Positions 1 through 13,879 of a stretch of 64,000 nucleotides of DNA are shown piece by piece. Where the stretch lies: NCBI GenBank assembly GCA_965113315.1, contig OZ220370.1; one strand, written 5' to 3'. The translations under genes were made by a program, and so were the position numbers. Numbering within the stretch: position 1 is the stretch's first letter; every line of letters starts with the position of its first letter. The stretch comes from Podarcis vaucheri. Lineage: Eukaryota. The notes under the pieces are model-generated. The model was not told the origin of the DNA, made no database searches, and saw nothing but the letters and a program-made list of their open reading frames with translations.

Positions 1-14
1 TTACTTTGGGGTAA

Positions 15-60
<46 letters not shown>
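15..60. repeat. compound microsatellite (AT)n(AG)n
   Basis: direct reading. Confidence 0.95.
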
Positions 61-61
<1 letters not shown>

Positions 62-223
62 ATTGGGCTGTAAGTCTAGATTTAAAGAATTGCACCTGTA
101 AATCGAGTAAAACATATTTTGATTAGATTGTACACTGAGTTGAAAAGTCTTTCAACATAAACAAATTGCAAGTCTCTTAAAAATTCCTGAAGCTAATCTA
201 TACATGTATTCTGACCCATGAAG

Positions 224-342
224 GTATCTGCACTGCATCAACCCCTTTTGTCCTCCTGGGAGATGTTTTGGATTGCCTTCCTTTGGATCAATGTGATAAA
301 ATTTTCACCTTTGTGGAAAAGAATGTAACTACATGGAAATCT
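224..342 (+). CDS. THOC1: THOC1 exon 5
   Basis: [40 protein letters not shown]; aag|...|gtaagt; acceptor lacks a pyrimidine tract. Confidence 0.9.
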
Positions 343-1496
343 GTAAGTATTATTGTTCCAGGATAGATTTGTTTATTAGAAGACTTTTGGGTTTCTGTAT
401 TGCTTTCCAGTATATAGCTGTGATATATAGCTTTGTTAAGCCATTAGTTGCGAGAAAGAAAAGAAAGAAGCAGTAACCCTTTCTGGAAGGATGATCCTAG
501 AAGGTGGCGCTGGGCACTACTTTTTGTGCCCCGTGTGGGATTTGACCTGTGAGGTGCTGTTTAAAGTCTGCTGTTCTGAAGTTGTATGTTTGGTGTAATT
601 TTGGATTGAAACACTTTAAATTAATTGTGTTTTGCTACATTGTGTTTTTTCTTTAAGAACATTTCTGACTGACTGCTTGGAAATATATTAATTAATATAT
701 AATGGGAATTCACAGGGCCTCTCCTTTCATCTCTCCTCTGCGGCCCCCATATACCACCAAAATCTGGTCTGGAGTGTTGAGGAACTCTCTGTAGCAGACT
801 CTGGGGGCACACAAAGAGCTGGAGATGTGTTTAAGAGAAACAGGATGTCCTGTGACCCAAGTGGATTTTTTGTTGCACAAGTGGATGTACATAATTGATT
901 GTCACCCATAATCTTGCTGTGGGCAAGTTGTCCACAAGCATTCTCTGGGCTAGGCCTGATATAAAGTGACTGTTCTTCTACAGTTAAGTGAATTTATTTA
1001 CAGTATCAGTGTAACCTCCAACCTTCTTACTTAAAATGTTAACTGATTGCATCCTTTTGGTACTTTATTTTTAGATCACGTTTTATTCAGCAGGAAAGAA
1101 TTACTTGCTGAGAATGTGCAATGGTGAGTAGTCTTGTTTCTCCACTTCATCCTCAGTTTGCACAACTTTCAGTGCAGTTCATCAAAACTTCACTCATCTC
1201 CAAGCCAGCTTACATCTGAAAAGTCCAGACACTGAGGTCCAGTTCTGAGGGCCTGCTGGCAGATCCCTGACTGCAAGGTTACAGGGAACCAGGCAGAGGG
1301 CCTTCCCGGTAGTGGCACCCGCCCTGTGGAACTCCCTCCCATCAGATGTCAAGGAAATAAACAACTATCTGACTTTTAGAAGACATCTGAAGGCAGCCCT
1401 GTATCAGGAAATTTTTAATGTCTGATGTGCTATAATTTTTTAGATATGCTGTAAGCTGCCCAGAGTGGCTGGGGAAATCCTGGCCAGATGGGTGGG

Positions 1497-1540
<44 letters not shown>

Positions 1541-4500
1541 TATTAATTACTACACAATTAAAGATAAAAAGCTATTTCATGTTGCAGCCAAACATGTGCT
1601 TTAGTTTGAACTCTTTGGAACAGAGCATTAGTATTGTGTATATATTCGAAGTTCAGAGAATTACTGCATGATTGCTCAGAAGTAGTTCCTAGTGATTTTG
1701 TTTGGGCCTGCTTCTCACTGAGGTTAGGACTGCAGTCTTAGCCAGTGGCATGGTGGGACCTCTCCCCTGCTGTGTCCTCCTCACATTGCCCTCCCAAGCC
1801 CTGCCCCTGGGCACGCCTGGGTGGTCCTGCCCTGGCTGGGAAGCCACACTCCGCTGCTGGTCTTAGTTAGCCAAGCGAGGGAGGTGAAGAAGTTGGTTGC
1901 CTGTAGGACATTTATCAGCTCCTTAACATACCACAGTCTGCCCAGGACAAATTATAAAAATTCTGGAGCCATGATAAGATAAACATATTCTCCTTATTTA
2001 TCTCTTTGTTTAGACCTCCTGAGACGATTGTCTAAATCCCAAAATACAGTATTCTGTGGAAGAATCCAGCTATTCCTGGCTAGATTATTCCCACTTTCAG
2101 AAAAATCAGGTGAGATTTGTTAGTGTATAATGGCATAAACATACTCAAATGGAAAAATGGAAGTCTGCTGCATATCTTAAGTTCTTTTCTAATTTTCTTA
2201 TGCTTGTAATCTGTTTAGTTATGTAGCCTGCCTTAGCCAAGGAACTCTCTGAAGGTGGTAATGGTAGACATTTCCTGTCTTGTTTAATTGTAGCTAAAGT
2301 ATAATGATTTTTTTTATACTGTTGATGAGAAACATTATATCTTATATTCTGTAAATTGACATATGCGAGTTACAAATGTCTTATTGGGTTTTGGGTATAA
2401 TTATTTCCTCTGTTCTTGGTTTTTAATGTGCATCCTTTTTACTACAGGGCTTAATTTGCAAAGTCAATTTAATTTGGAAAATATCACAGTTTATAATACC
2501 AGTGAGCAAGATAGCACACTTGGACAGAAGGTGGGTCATCTTTTTGTTTTCTATTATATTATATTATCCATTCTGTGGGAAACCTGTAGAACAAGGCATA
2601 AAATAGCACTCTGCTTTCTATGTACTGAACACATGCATCTCTCAAAAGGGGGCAAACAATTAAAAAAATTCTTCAGTTGCTTACTAATATACATGTGAAG
2701 ATAATTTTAGTGCTTTTCTAAACTGGAGTCTTAAGGAGAGATGGCATAAAGTGGAGGAACTTGCTGTATCCTATCTGAGTTCTTTGTGTAGTTTACCAAT
2801 TACTTAGATTTCCAGTGATAAAGAATATTTTAATCTTTAATCGGCATCTCCTAATTTTCTGGTGCAAAGCCTTTTTCAGCATTATTAATTCTAAATGCCC
2901 TCTTTCTCTTCAGCATGTTGAGGAGAGAGATGAAGGGATGGATGTAGAGGAAGGTGAGATGGGAGATGATGAAGCTCCTACAAGTTGGTAAGCTCTTAGA
3001 CCAATTTAAGCCATTTGTTTGTTCTAAAATGGGGGGGGGGGGAGAGATGCATGAAATATCTTCTGTGGCTAGAGCAGGGGTGGGGAGCCCCTGGTCTTCC
3101 AGTTATTGAGGAACTATAGCTCCCATAAGTCCCAGTTGTAGTCCGGAAACATCTGGAGGGTCACAGATTTCATGTCCTCTTATCCATGATGATATATTCA
3201 GGATAATGTTTATAAACAGTTTCATCCAACTAACTTGTATTGGAGTGGGAAATAATTCTGGGTGGCTAGTGAATACATAATGCAGTTAATTTGATTAGCT
3301 TGGTATTCATTAATATAATATATCTAGCTTTGATTTAAATGGTTGCAAGAGTGTCCTCTGCCACTGTTTTGTGACAATTGAAAATTGGAACTGTATTGGT
3401 GGATTATCAAGTCTTTTCTGGCATGTCTAAGGAACCAAATGAGAAGTGTGGATAGAACTAGTAAGCATAGCAGAGGCAAATAATGCTTTCCTTCAGGTGT
3501 GCAAGATTTTTTTAAAATAGAGAATTCATAACATTGTAGCTTCTTAATTAAAAATGTCATCGTTCACTAGAGACATTCCACAGCCACTAGATGGGCTTTA
3601 TTTAGTTATAAAAAGCATTTTCTAAAAGGGGATGCTTGACAAAGAGGCATTTACCATTTACATTAACGGCTTTCACATTAATTCTATTGAGTTGAAGAGG
3701 GAAATTGGGCAAGAACTTGGGCAAGTTTCCTGCCTTCATTCGTGTGTTCATTTTAATTGGGCACCTCATGTGGGGTATAAATTTAAATGATAAATGAATG
3801 TATCTTCAGGAATAAGCAGAAGTGTGTGAGAGTTTATATGTTAAATATTTTGTTAGTTCCATTCCAATAGATTACAACCTGTATAGAAAGTTCTGGTCAC
3901 TTCAGGATTACTTTCGGAATCCAGTGCAATGTTACGAAAAGGTTTCGTGGAAAACGTTTCTGAAGGTAATTCTTTGTGACTCTATTTCTGTTTTGTGCGC
4001 AGTCTTTTTGCTGTGTAACTGCCCTGTTTCACCTGTGTAAACAATGGTATTGACAGATGGTGGCATATATTGTTGGAGGACGTGTAGGTCCTTGATAAAT
4101 GAACTGATGCCAGGCTGTGTAATAGTGTTTGACAGAGTAGATAAACGTTACAGTTGGACTCTGCAAAGGAGCATCAGTAGATCAGCATTTTGCATATCAA
4201 ATTTCAGGTCTGATTTGTGGATGTGATTGTCCTAAAATATTGCATTTTATTTTTTTCAATTTTAACAAGTACTCTGAAGAAGTATTGGCTGTCTTTAAGA
4301 GCTACAAGTTGGATGACACCCAAGCGTCGAGAAAGAAATTGGAAGAGCTGAAAGCTGGCGGGGAGCATGTTTACTTTGCTAAATTCCTCACAAGTGAGAA
4401 GGTATTGTCTTTGGTGTTCTTAATTTACATGAAAACACTCCTTTGCCCATAAAAGCTTAGTTATCTTACCAATGGGAAATAATTAGTTGGAATATTGGGT

Positions 4501-7500
4501 GGTCTTCGACTAAGATCTGTTCATAGTAGGCCTGTTGAAATTATCATTAATTTCAGTGGGCCTGGTTTGAGTAGAAGTGATACAGGATACAACCCATCCG
4601 GCATTGTTGGGTCCATGGTTAACTTTTCCTGCTCTGTATTTCTGTTCTACGTTGTAAAATACATGGCAGGAAGTTTTCTATCCATCTGTGCGTCTTTTCT
4701 TTCAGTTAATGGATTTACAGCTGAGTGACAGCAACTTCCGCCGACACATCCTATTGCAGTATTTAATATTATTTCAGTATCTAAAGGGACAGGTGAAATT
4801 TAAAAGGTAGGCTAGTAGTATTAAATTTGAACTAATTCGTTTTTTAAATGCTTTATTTTTACCCGTATAAAATCCCTGGAGAAACTTTTTTTATTGTTCC
4901 CCAGAATGGAAGAGGGAACTGTGAGCTAGGAGGTGGGCATTTTCACCAATACTTCCTTTCCCTTGCAGCCTCACACCCATTTCTGGTGGGTCCATGAACC
5001 TTCCAGAACAGCTCTTCAGGGACCATGGGGGTGGGAATCATTAATACTCAAATTATTAACTTAAATATGCGGAACTTCAGTCTTCTTGACATACGTGATG
5101 GCTTGCTTTCTAGTTCAAACTACATTTTGACAGATGAGCAGTCTCTGTGGATTGAAGATACTACAAAATTAGTTTACCAGGTCAGTGATATAGACTGCGG
5201 GCAATATATGTACAAGTTGGTTTTGGTTTTGTTTTGTTACATTTGAAAAATCAAGTTTGGTTAAGCTATTTAGATTGTGAAGTACATTTTGGATAATTAG
5301 AAACCAAAATATATTACTTTGTATTTATGATATTTCTGAAGCTGCAGTCCTAACTTTGGATGCTGCAACCTTTGGCTAACTCTTTGACATCTGGTAACAG
5401 CTTCTTTCAGAAAATCCTCCCGATGGAGAGAGATTCTCAAAAATGGTAGAGGTGAGTGACCTCTTCATAAATAGAACTGAATAAAATTTTAGATGAGTAC
5501 CATCCACTTAAATGGGGTTTGCATCAAAACAGTGAAATGACAGTTTCAAGTGCTATACCTGATGCTTGCTTACTGATAATGTCTGCTAGCACTTTCCCCT
5601 CTAACTACAAGATATTCTCGATGGAACCATGACAAAGTTGCACAAATATGTGTGGGGTTGGGTACAGACATGCCCTTCTACAAATGGAAGGGTCTTTCCA
5701 TTTATGAAATGCAGTGTGATCAAGTGAAGGCTGGCAGTCCCTGTGCCACCAGCAACACTCTTCCAGCAGGTCCCTCAACTAGAGCAGATTTTTGCTGAAC
5801 TAAGGAGCCTGAAGGGGGAATTGGCAATTTTTTTTCTTCCCACACTCTTCCTCTAGCAAGAGTGTCCTGTGAATAGAACAGGATTCTGAATCCAACCCAT
5901 ATTAAAGATTACCTTTTCCCACTGTCAGAAGTAAACACGGAGATTGTATTTCTCCTCTGACCTCTACCCTGGACACCTGATACATTCATAGTGCAGATTT
6001 CTTTAAATGAAAAATGCTAATACTGAAGGTGACAGTAACTCACACTGACACATTCATATGTTTTTGCTTTTATAGCACATATTAAACACTGAAGAGAACT
6101 GGAATGCATGGAAAAACGAAGGTTGCCCGAGTTTTGTGAAGGAAAGGTAAGTTCAAAAACGTTGTTTAGAGATTGTATTATATCGGATCAACATTCAGGT
6201 TCAAGGCTTCATCTTCTTGTTATACCTGTGTTTATATATAACATTTTCAAGCTAATAAACAGGTTGTGCTGTATTATATTAAACTATTTAGAAACAAATT
6301 CATATCAGGGAGCTTCCCCCCCCCCCCTGGATACATAACAGGAGTCAGCAAACATTTTCAGCAGGGGACCGGTCCACTGACCCTTAGACCTTGTGGGGGG
6401 TCGGACTATATTTTTTTAAAAAATAATGAATGGATTTCTATGCCCCACAAATAACCCAGAGATGCATTTTAAATAAAAGGGCACATTCTACTCACGTAAA
6501 AACATGCTGATTCATGGACCGTCTGCAGGCCAGATTTAGAAGGCGATTGGACCGGATCCGGCCCCCGGGCCTTAGTTTGCCTACCCATGATACATAACCT
6601 TGGTAGGTTCTTGTCATTTTACAGACCTCTACTTTGAGATTTTCAGGTACAGCTAAGGGAAATGTCTAAGGAGGTTGGGGTGGCATTTTAGCATAAAAAA
6701 GAAACACAATTATTTGCCCAAGGTAGAACAGGTAATAGCTGTACATGTTTGCACCATTCTGCTTGCTAACCTTGGCATATCTGTTCTGTAGACCAAGTGA
6801 TCCCAAGCCAATAAGACTCTTTGTGCGAAAGAGACCCGTTCCTGAAGATTTCCTGGGGAAAGGACCTAACAGAAAAATTCTGATGGGGAAGTATGTTAAA
6901 CCTTTATAGTTCATCACCTATATATCTGTAATCTTTTATAGATAACTTAATGCTATGAAAACGGTTATTTTGAGGTTTGGTTAAATTATGAATGTCAATA
7001 AATAAATTTATTTTTGACATTTTTAGGCTGCCGTTCATCACATTAAAAAGATCCCAGCAAAACAGAAAACACAATGATTAAACAAACCAAGTAATTCAAC
7101 TGTTAATGAGTGCAGCAGTATGAGAATACGGGGGGGGGCAGTTTTACTCATTTAATTTGAATGCTTGTGGAAATGAAATCATAGAATCATGGAATTGTAG
7201 AGTTGGGTCGAATCTAACCCCTGCAGTGCAGGAATCCTGACTACAGCTGCGCCTGGGCGGGCTCAAACTACGAACCTTCTGGTTAACAGCCATTGACCCG
7301 TTGCACCACACATTTTTACATGCTAGTGGAACCCCATCAAAATCTCTGCCATCTGTATTTCCAGGGGAAGGGCATTCCACAGCTGTGGCCCGCAATAAAG
7401 ACTCTCTAGTGCAGGCATAGGCAAACTTGGCCGTCCAGCTATTTTTGGGACTACAACTCCCATCATCCCTGACCACTGGTCCTGTTAGCTATGGATGATG

Positions 7501-10500
7501 GGGGCTGTAGTCCCAAAAACATCTGGAGGGCCCAGTTTTTCTATGGCTGCTCTAGTGTCACCGTATAGTGCTGGTGTAGGAAACCTTTGGCCTTCCAGAT
7601 GTTGCTGAACTGCAAATCTCATCGTCCTCAGCCATTGGCTGTGCTTGCTGGGAGATGTAGTTCAGCAATATCTGGAGGGCCAAAGGGCCACAGCTTTTAT
7701 AGCAGACGAAGACTACTGACAGAACGGCCCAGCTGCAAGGCCCATACATAATTGTTGACAGTATCTCCTGTTCATTTTATCTCTATTTTAATTTTTCTTA
7801 AGACTTGGGCCTCTTTCTTGCTGAGCCTGTGTTCATTTCAGAAACAGCAGAACAGTGTGTATTGTGTATTGAAGTTTCCTACATAGGAATTTAAAGGTGT
7901 TAGATCTGATCTCTCACATGAGAAGTTTGGTACAGTAATGTGTGTGTATGTGTGTTTTAGACAATTAATGCAAATTTTTTTTCACTTTGAAGAAGCCCCT
8001 TTGCAAAATATCTGGCTCATCAAAACACACTTCATAACAATGCAGTAATCTGCTTTTTCATTCTCATTTTAGTGAAGAATTGACTCGACTCTGGAATTTA
8101 TGCCCCGATAACATGGAAGCTTGTAAATCTGAGACCCGGTAAGTCATACGAAAAGAATATGGTAGGGTGGTCCAAAATAAAACAAGTTGGAACTCTTGTG
8201 GCCAGTGGTACATCCTAAAATAATATGACAGTTTTTATAATAATGCCTTTTTGCTCACTTTATTTTATTACATTACATTACATGGAATCCAAGGTAGTTT
8301 CTATGTCATCCATCCAGGCACTGACCAGACCTGCTTAGCTGCAGTTAGATGGTGGCCTTATGTACCTTCAGATTATAACCTGGGACTGTTAATGTATATA
8401 TATTACAAAAGGAGCATTGCTTCTTTAAACAAATGATTTTTGTCAAGTCCTAGTCATGTCATTGACTTTATTTACTGTGCCTTTCAATTTTTCAAGGTGG
8501 CTTGCCCATATGGGAGCTGCTTCTTGGAGAAAGCTGTTTCATATTTTATTTCATAGAAATTATATACCACTTAATTGTAAAACAAACAAAACCTCAAAAC
8601 AGTGTTAAAAAGCTCAAAGCCAGAAGACCCATGAAGATTTGAATGAATTAATGTAGAGAGGGAGAGCAGATAATCAAGAGTCTTGCAGTAAGTTTCTTAC
8701 CGGTATTAGGGCATGAGGTATCACAAAGAACATCTGCTAGATATTTCACCTATAATGTTTGTTCCTATATTGCAAACATGGATTTAATCCAATTAGTAGT
8801 ATTTCTTGATGCTTTGATATGGATGGAGTACTTTTTGCATGTTACACAGATTCTGATATGCTATATCACAGTAAAATTCTTCAATTCACTGAGCTGTTCA
8901 ACCACAATAGAACCTACATCAAAAATGCACATGACAGTAGAAAAAATAGTATTTTTTTCTCATTTCATTGTTGGCCACTCTTATATTGAAAGAATTGCAA
9001 ATAAGATGTGGAAACATGAAGGCAGTCTAGAAAGTTAAACACTAAATCAGACTTTTATTTTCTAGAGAATATATGCCAACATTGGAAGAGTTCTTTGAAG
9101 AGGCTATTGAACAGGCAGATCCCGAAAACATGGTTGATAAAGAGTTTAAGTATGTACTGCAGATCATTTTTCATTGCCGTTTACATTTCTCATCCATGTT
9201 GCACTGATTTGTTCATCTGCTTCAAACATAGTTTGGCTTGCACAACAAAGCTGAGAAAACAAGCTCCTTTTTCCTAGATGCCAAATGGCAGACTAATTCT
9301 GACTTTGATGGCAGGGTTGTGAATAATTCTAACTACGGCTGGAGAGCACTACGGCTATTGGCACGTAGAAGCCCCCACTTCTTCCAGCCAACCAATCAGC
9401 AATTCAAGAGTTTACCAGAATACCTCGAGAACATGGTCATCAAATTAGCTAAAGAACTACCTGTAAGTAGTAAAATACCTTTGATTATCTCTTTAAATGC
9501 CTATAACTCTCTGCCCTTAAACTGCAAGCAGACGATATAGTGTTTGTGTATTTTGTCTTTGTAACATTTAGTATATTTGAAAAGAACTCTCATCAGGAGG
9601 GAGACATGAATTTTGGGTTTAAAGGATCCTTTTTGCTTCATACATCTACTTTTATTTTGGCTCATGATCTTCCTTGGAAGAATTCAGCCTTGTGGGCTGG
9701 ACATTCTCTTGGCCTTTTAATATGCAGGAAAAAATGAGAACAGAAATTTGTCTTGAATATGAAGCTTTTAGTTAGTTCTGGGAAGTCAATTTGAGCGAGT
9801 GATTCTGTTTTGGAACCAGTTACTAAGTATACATTTTCATTGCAATGGGATGTAATTTCTGTCTTCTTAGCAGTTTTGCATGGGAATTCATAGAAACATT
9901 GATTTACAGTATCTTAAAAGAATATTAAGATTAGTAGTAGTTTTAGAATAGACATCTGTATAAAAACAAGGTATGGTTTCTTTATAAATTCCAAATGTCT
10001 CTTTCTAAACTCTGTTCTGCTACATGTAGGTCAGGAATCACCATGTAGCAAATTCTTTTTACGTACAAATCCATTTGGTGATATTCAGTTCTCTCATTAT
10101 AGCCTCCATCTGAAGAAATTAAAACAGGCGAGGATGAAGATGAAGAAGATAATGATGCTTTGTTAAAGGAAAACAATGAAAGTAAGACTGTGTTCTTGGG
10201 GTTTTCCCATTTTCTTCAACACATGTTGTAAAAGGAGTATGTGAGCAGACCCACGTTCTCCCCAAGTTCATCCTGTCTGCTGCTTCTGAGTTGCAGTAAT
10301 AATGCTTAAGTCCCATGTTCAGAAAGAGGAGCCACACAAAGGCCCAAAACCAGGGCCTCCTAATCCTTCATACTTTAGTGGACCCTGGCCGCCTTGATGG
10401 ATAGTCTGTGCTTGTTAAATGAGTAGACCTTGAGAGTACTGCCTCTCCTAGAGTTTTTTTCCTGCATGTATCATAGCTCCTTTGTGCAAATTCTGTTCTT

Positions 10501-11906
10501 CCAAAACAGCATCACCTTGTCAACAGTTGCACTCGCTCATCGGCTATGTTCTATGAAAACTATTGGTATATATTTCCACCTGAAGCAAGTCAGTTTGAGA
10601 ATTTGTCCTCTTCTTCTAAAGCTAAAGACCATCCTTCCAGTTCCATCTCCTGCCTCACAATTTGTGAATCAGTGTCTGTCCCTAAGCTTGGAATATCCTT
10701 GGTCGTTCCTTTCCATACCTTTTGGTCTGCTTATTTTTTGTTTCTCTTATTAAATTTATTTGCGTGATGTCTTCCTTCCTCATGTGATCACTTCATATCC
10801 AGTTTGCTCTCTGATTCGTTCTATAATTTCATGCAAGTCTTCTATGCTTATTCACCAGTGCCTCCCCACCCTCCACAATAGTACTGAAAAGTTTACCTTG
10901 CTTTAGTTCCCTCAGTGGAATCCTGCTTATGTACTTACCTGCTCTATTGCATTCTCTCATTTTGGTAGCTTTTGTTCTCCTTTTGTTTACTAATTTTACT
11001 TCCCATCCCCTTTATTTCAGCAGAAATCTGCCTTTCCCTTTGCTGTATCTCACTCCTACTTGTTTTTAAAAGTTCAAATACCCCCTTCCTGACAATGTCT
11101 CTTACCAGCTACATGTGAACCTTTCCCCTCTCCTTGGCCATCCAGTTTTCATTTAATTGAGGGCTGTTTCTGAAATATATTGTAAATGAACGTGACCAAT
11201 AACAATAGTCATTAACACTGGGGAACAGGCAGCTTTCTTTTGGAGCAGTTAGGGATTCCTTTCGAACTTGCAAAACAAAGGCAAATCAGCTGGGCAATTT
11301 CAATGTTTAGTAAATGAAGACAACTGTCTAAAATCACAGATTGACTTAAAAGTAATGGTTGAGGTTTGCACTTTCAGGGAGTATAAAAGTAGCCTAACAA
11401 ATGATCTGTCTATAGTCACAAATGCACCTTCTGTAATATGATTTTAAGATAGTAGAATTTAAATAAAACTTGGAAGCATGAATGTAAAAGGATAACTCTT
11501 TACTGAAAGTGGACAATGCTAACAAGTTGTTAGTTTTCAGAAACAGGTTTGTTGAGTGCTGCATTATACAATGCTATTCTCTAAATACTCTTTTTTATGT
11601 TTGATTTTAGGTCCAGATGCTCAACGGGATAAACTTGTAACAGGAGAACAAATAGAGTTGCTTGCTAACAAGCTTGGGGAATACTGGAATGTTCTGGCCC
11701 CATATTTGGAAATGAAAGACTCTGATATAAGGCAAATTGAATCAGATAGTGAAGATGTGAAGATGAGAGCTAAGCAGCTGCTTGTTACTTGGCAAGACCA
11801 AGAAGGGATCCACGCTACAATGGAAAATCTGATTACTGCGTTGAACAAAGCTGGATTAAATGACCTTGCAGAAAGCCTAACAAACGATAGCGAAAACAAT
11901 AGCTAA
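224..11906 (+). CDS. THOC1: THO complex subunit 1 (p84/hHpr1), spliced CDS, 5'-partial; exons 5-21 in window
   Basis: 17 GT-AG exons join in frame into [24 protein letters not shown]...[13 protein letters not shown], matching vertebrate THOC1 including the C-terminal death domain. Confidence 0.98.
1075..1123 (+). CDS. THOC1: THOC1 exon 6
   Basis: [16 protein letters not shown]; ttag|...|gtgagt. Confidence 0.95.
1225..1539 (+). mobile_element. L2-like LINE 3' fragment ending in a (TAT)n tail
   Basis: gggaaccaggcagagggccttc...ctgtggaactccctccc...agacatctgaaggcagccctg; (TAT)n 1498-1539; homologous reverse copy at 20315-20672. Confidence 0.7.
2014..2109 (+). CDS. THOC1: THOC1 exon 7
   Basis: [32 protein letters not shown]; ttag|...|gtgaga. 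Confidence 0.95.
2448..2530 (+). CDS. THOC1: THOC1 exon 8
   Basis: [28 protein letters not shown]; acag|...|gtgggt. Confidence 0.95.
2914..2987 (+). CDS. THOC1: THOC1 exon 9
   Basis: [24 protein letters not shown]; tcag|...|gtaagc. Confidence 0.95.
3857..3965 (+). CDS. THOC1: THOC1 exon 10
   Basis: [36 protein letters not shown]; ttag|...|gtaatt. Confidence 0.95.
4270..4401 (+). CDS. THOC1: THOC1 exon 11
   Basis: [44 protein letters not shown]; caag|...|gtattg. Confidence 0.95.
4706..4806 (+). CDS. THOC1: THOC1 exon 12
   Basis: [33 protein letters not shown]; tcag|...|gtaggc. Confidence 0.95.
5114..5180 (+). CDS. THOC1: THOC1 exon 13
   Basis: [22 protein letters not shown]; ctag|...|gtcagt. 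Confidence 0.95.
5401..5451 (+). CDS. THOC1: THOC1 exon 14
   Basis: [17 protein letters not shown]; acag|...|gtgagt. Confidence 0.95.
6076..6146 (+). CDS. THOC1: THOC1 exon 15
   Basis: [23 protein letters not shown]; atag|...|gtaagt. Confidence 0.95.
6339..6589. mobile_element. hAT-type non-autonomous element (MITE)
   Basis: Imperfect TIRs caggagtcagcaaac / gtttgcctacccatg; perfect 8-bp TSD ATACATAA (6331-6338, 6590-6597). Confidence 0.85.
6792..6890 (+). CDS. THOC1: THOC1 exon 16
   Basis: [32 protein letters not shown]; gtag|...|gtatgt. Confidence 0.95.
7412..7549. mobile_element. short hAT-type MITE; related degenerate copies near 3076-3180, 7571-7695, 15464-15561, 19817-19949, 62268-62358
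   Basis: Internally palindromic (gggactacaactcccatcatccct...gatgatgggggctgtagtccc); perfect 8-bp TSD CTCTAGTG. Confidence 0.8.
8073..8138 (+). CDS. THOC1: THOC1 exon 17
   Basis: [21 protein letters not shown]; ttag|...|gtaagt. Confidence 0.95.
9066..9149 (+). CDS. THOC1: THOC1 exon 18
   Basis: [27 protein letters not shown]; ctag|...|gtatgt. Confidence 0.95.
9315..9462 (+). CDS. THOC1: THOC1 exon 19
   Basis: [49 protein letters not shown]; gcag|...|gtaagt. Confidence 0.95.
10103..10181 (+). CDS. THOC1: THOC1 exon 20
   Basis: [26 protein letters not shown]; atag|...|gtaaga. Confidence 0.95.
11611..11906 (+). CDS. THOC1: THOC1 exon 21 (death domain, stop)
   Basis: [25 protein letters not shown]...[14 protein letters not shown]...SENNS*; ttag| acceptor. 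Confidence 0.97.
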
Positions 11907-11988
11907 AATAGGTGTTAAACAAGGAAAAAGAAGCTGTTGTTGCTAAGTAACAACCCAACATTTGATAGATCAGTTTAATTTGGTAAGC

Positions 11989-11994
11989 AATAAA
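11989..11994 (+). terminator. THOC1 polyadenylation signal AATAAA (second copy 12031-12036)
   Basis: AATAAA ~80 nt after the stop codon. Confidence 0.6.
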
Positions 11995-13879
11995 ACATTT
12001 TAAAGTAACCTTCTGTCTAGAAATTCCAGGAATAAATGAATTGTTAGAGCTGTTCAAAAGCGGATAGGAAGGTTACTGACTTTTTCCATGGAATATGGGT
12101 GGTGGAGGGACATAGTACACAAATAGTCCTTACATAATTTGAGATGCCTTAAGTGCTCAAATTCTATAAAGATTGGAGAACTATTGCTCTTGGTTAGGGA
12201 TTCCTCCCCCAATGTACATGTGGCTAAAAATGTTGTAAAGTCCTTTAGTGAAAATTAGATGCCTGTTCAGTAAACTTGTGTTAGTATTATAGCAAATGGG
12301 AAACCACTGAACAGAACTGTACTGCTGTTAGAAAGTGGTCCCAATATAATACTGATAGAATGGTATCTTCCTGGTCTCTCACCTTGCCCTGGCCCCTAGT
12401 TCTGTATGGAAATGATGCACAAGAGAAAGCTGCCTCTAGATCATTCTTTGCAAACCTGGTGCCCTTCAGATGTGTAGACTAAAATTCTCACTACCTCTTG
12501 AGAGCTTTGTTGGCAGAGCTTGATAAGTGTAAGTAGGAGAGCAGCATGCTGAATTACTCTGGTTACTTATTAACAGAAAGGGCATGGAAATACCTTTTTA
12601 ATAATCTTAATGATCATTCTATGCTTGTAGTGTTTTATGCATGAAATTATGACCATTTGAAGACCTATTTTATGTACAGCAAGTGTCTAAGGTACTTCAT
12701 TGTAGTTGAAGTCTCTCCAGTGTTATAACTAGATGTTCAGTTTTGGCTTGGGCTTTTGTAGTGCTGTTTTAGAGTGCGAGGTCCTACAAAGTCTCTGTGG
12801 GATATAGGATACAGTATAGATGTACAGTGAAGGGCAATACATATGTTTATGGGTCTGCCTCATTAAGGTTTGTCAATTCCTGGTAACTGGCATTTTGTTA
12901 GTTTCTCTTCCAGCTGTAGATATTCCGACTTCAGAGCTACTAGGCCTTCTCACTGCAACAAAAATTAAAATATGCCCAGAAAGGATCACAATATGAAGAG
13001 GCTGATTAGGATTCCCCTTTAAGCTTTCCAAATTAGTGCTTTAGCAGATCATTTTGTCCTGCCTTTTGTGATGCAATGTGAAAAGATGAGCTGAGCTATA
13101 TGGAAGAAACCCCGGGATTTAAGCATGAAATGTTCTTATGGGTAAAGTTGGTGCACTTTCCCAGAAAATGCTTGCTCTTGCCCTGCTGAAGTTGTGAAAT
13201 ACCACACTTAATATGTTCATATTACTCTAAGTATCATAGTGCCTATCTGTGGATAAATTATAAAGTGTGCTTTCTTATAAGGAATGTATTTGCTTTCACA
13301 TCATTTCCTAGGTATGCTTATATACCCGACCAATACAGAGCCATTGCTGTAGCTAATCACATTTGGGCCTGACCATGATCAAATAAGAAGCCAGCTACAC
13401 ACAAACAGACCAGTACTGCCTGCCTGAAATTGGTGGCTTCCTGTAGATCCTTTCAAATCCTAGAAAGTTGTCAGACCTAGGTTTGCTGGGCACCGTTGGT
13501 TTCTGTTGCCAGAAACTCCACTACACCATTTTTCTTGCTTATAATTTACTGCTATTACTAGGTATTTAACTGATTACTACTGAAGACCTGAAGACTTTGT
13601 AGCAGGAAAACTGGCCTTCTGTGGCAGATTCAACAAAATATACGTTCCATGGAGATAAGACTGGACTAGGAAAGTGTACCAACTATTAAGCCTGTAAGAT
13701 TTCTAGGAGGAACAGGATGAAAGAATAAGAATATGGTGGAACAGAAGTGACTGCTTACACATTAACTTCTATACACAGCACCAACTTACAGAAACCCATC
13801 ATAGTATTTAAACCCGTTTAAAAGCATATAACATCAACATGCAGTATAAGAAGGTAGATTGCTCCTCTTCAAATAAGTT

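Noticed and set aside
1465-1671. ORF with a poly-tyrosine run
   Set aside because: Translation of the (TAT)n tail of an L2-like fragment
11621-11899. 92-aa antisense ORF
   Set aside because: Shadow of the THOC1 last coding exon
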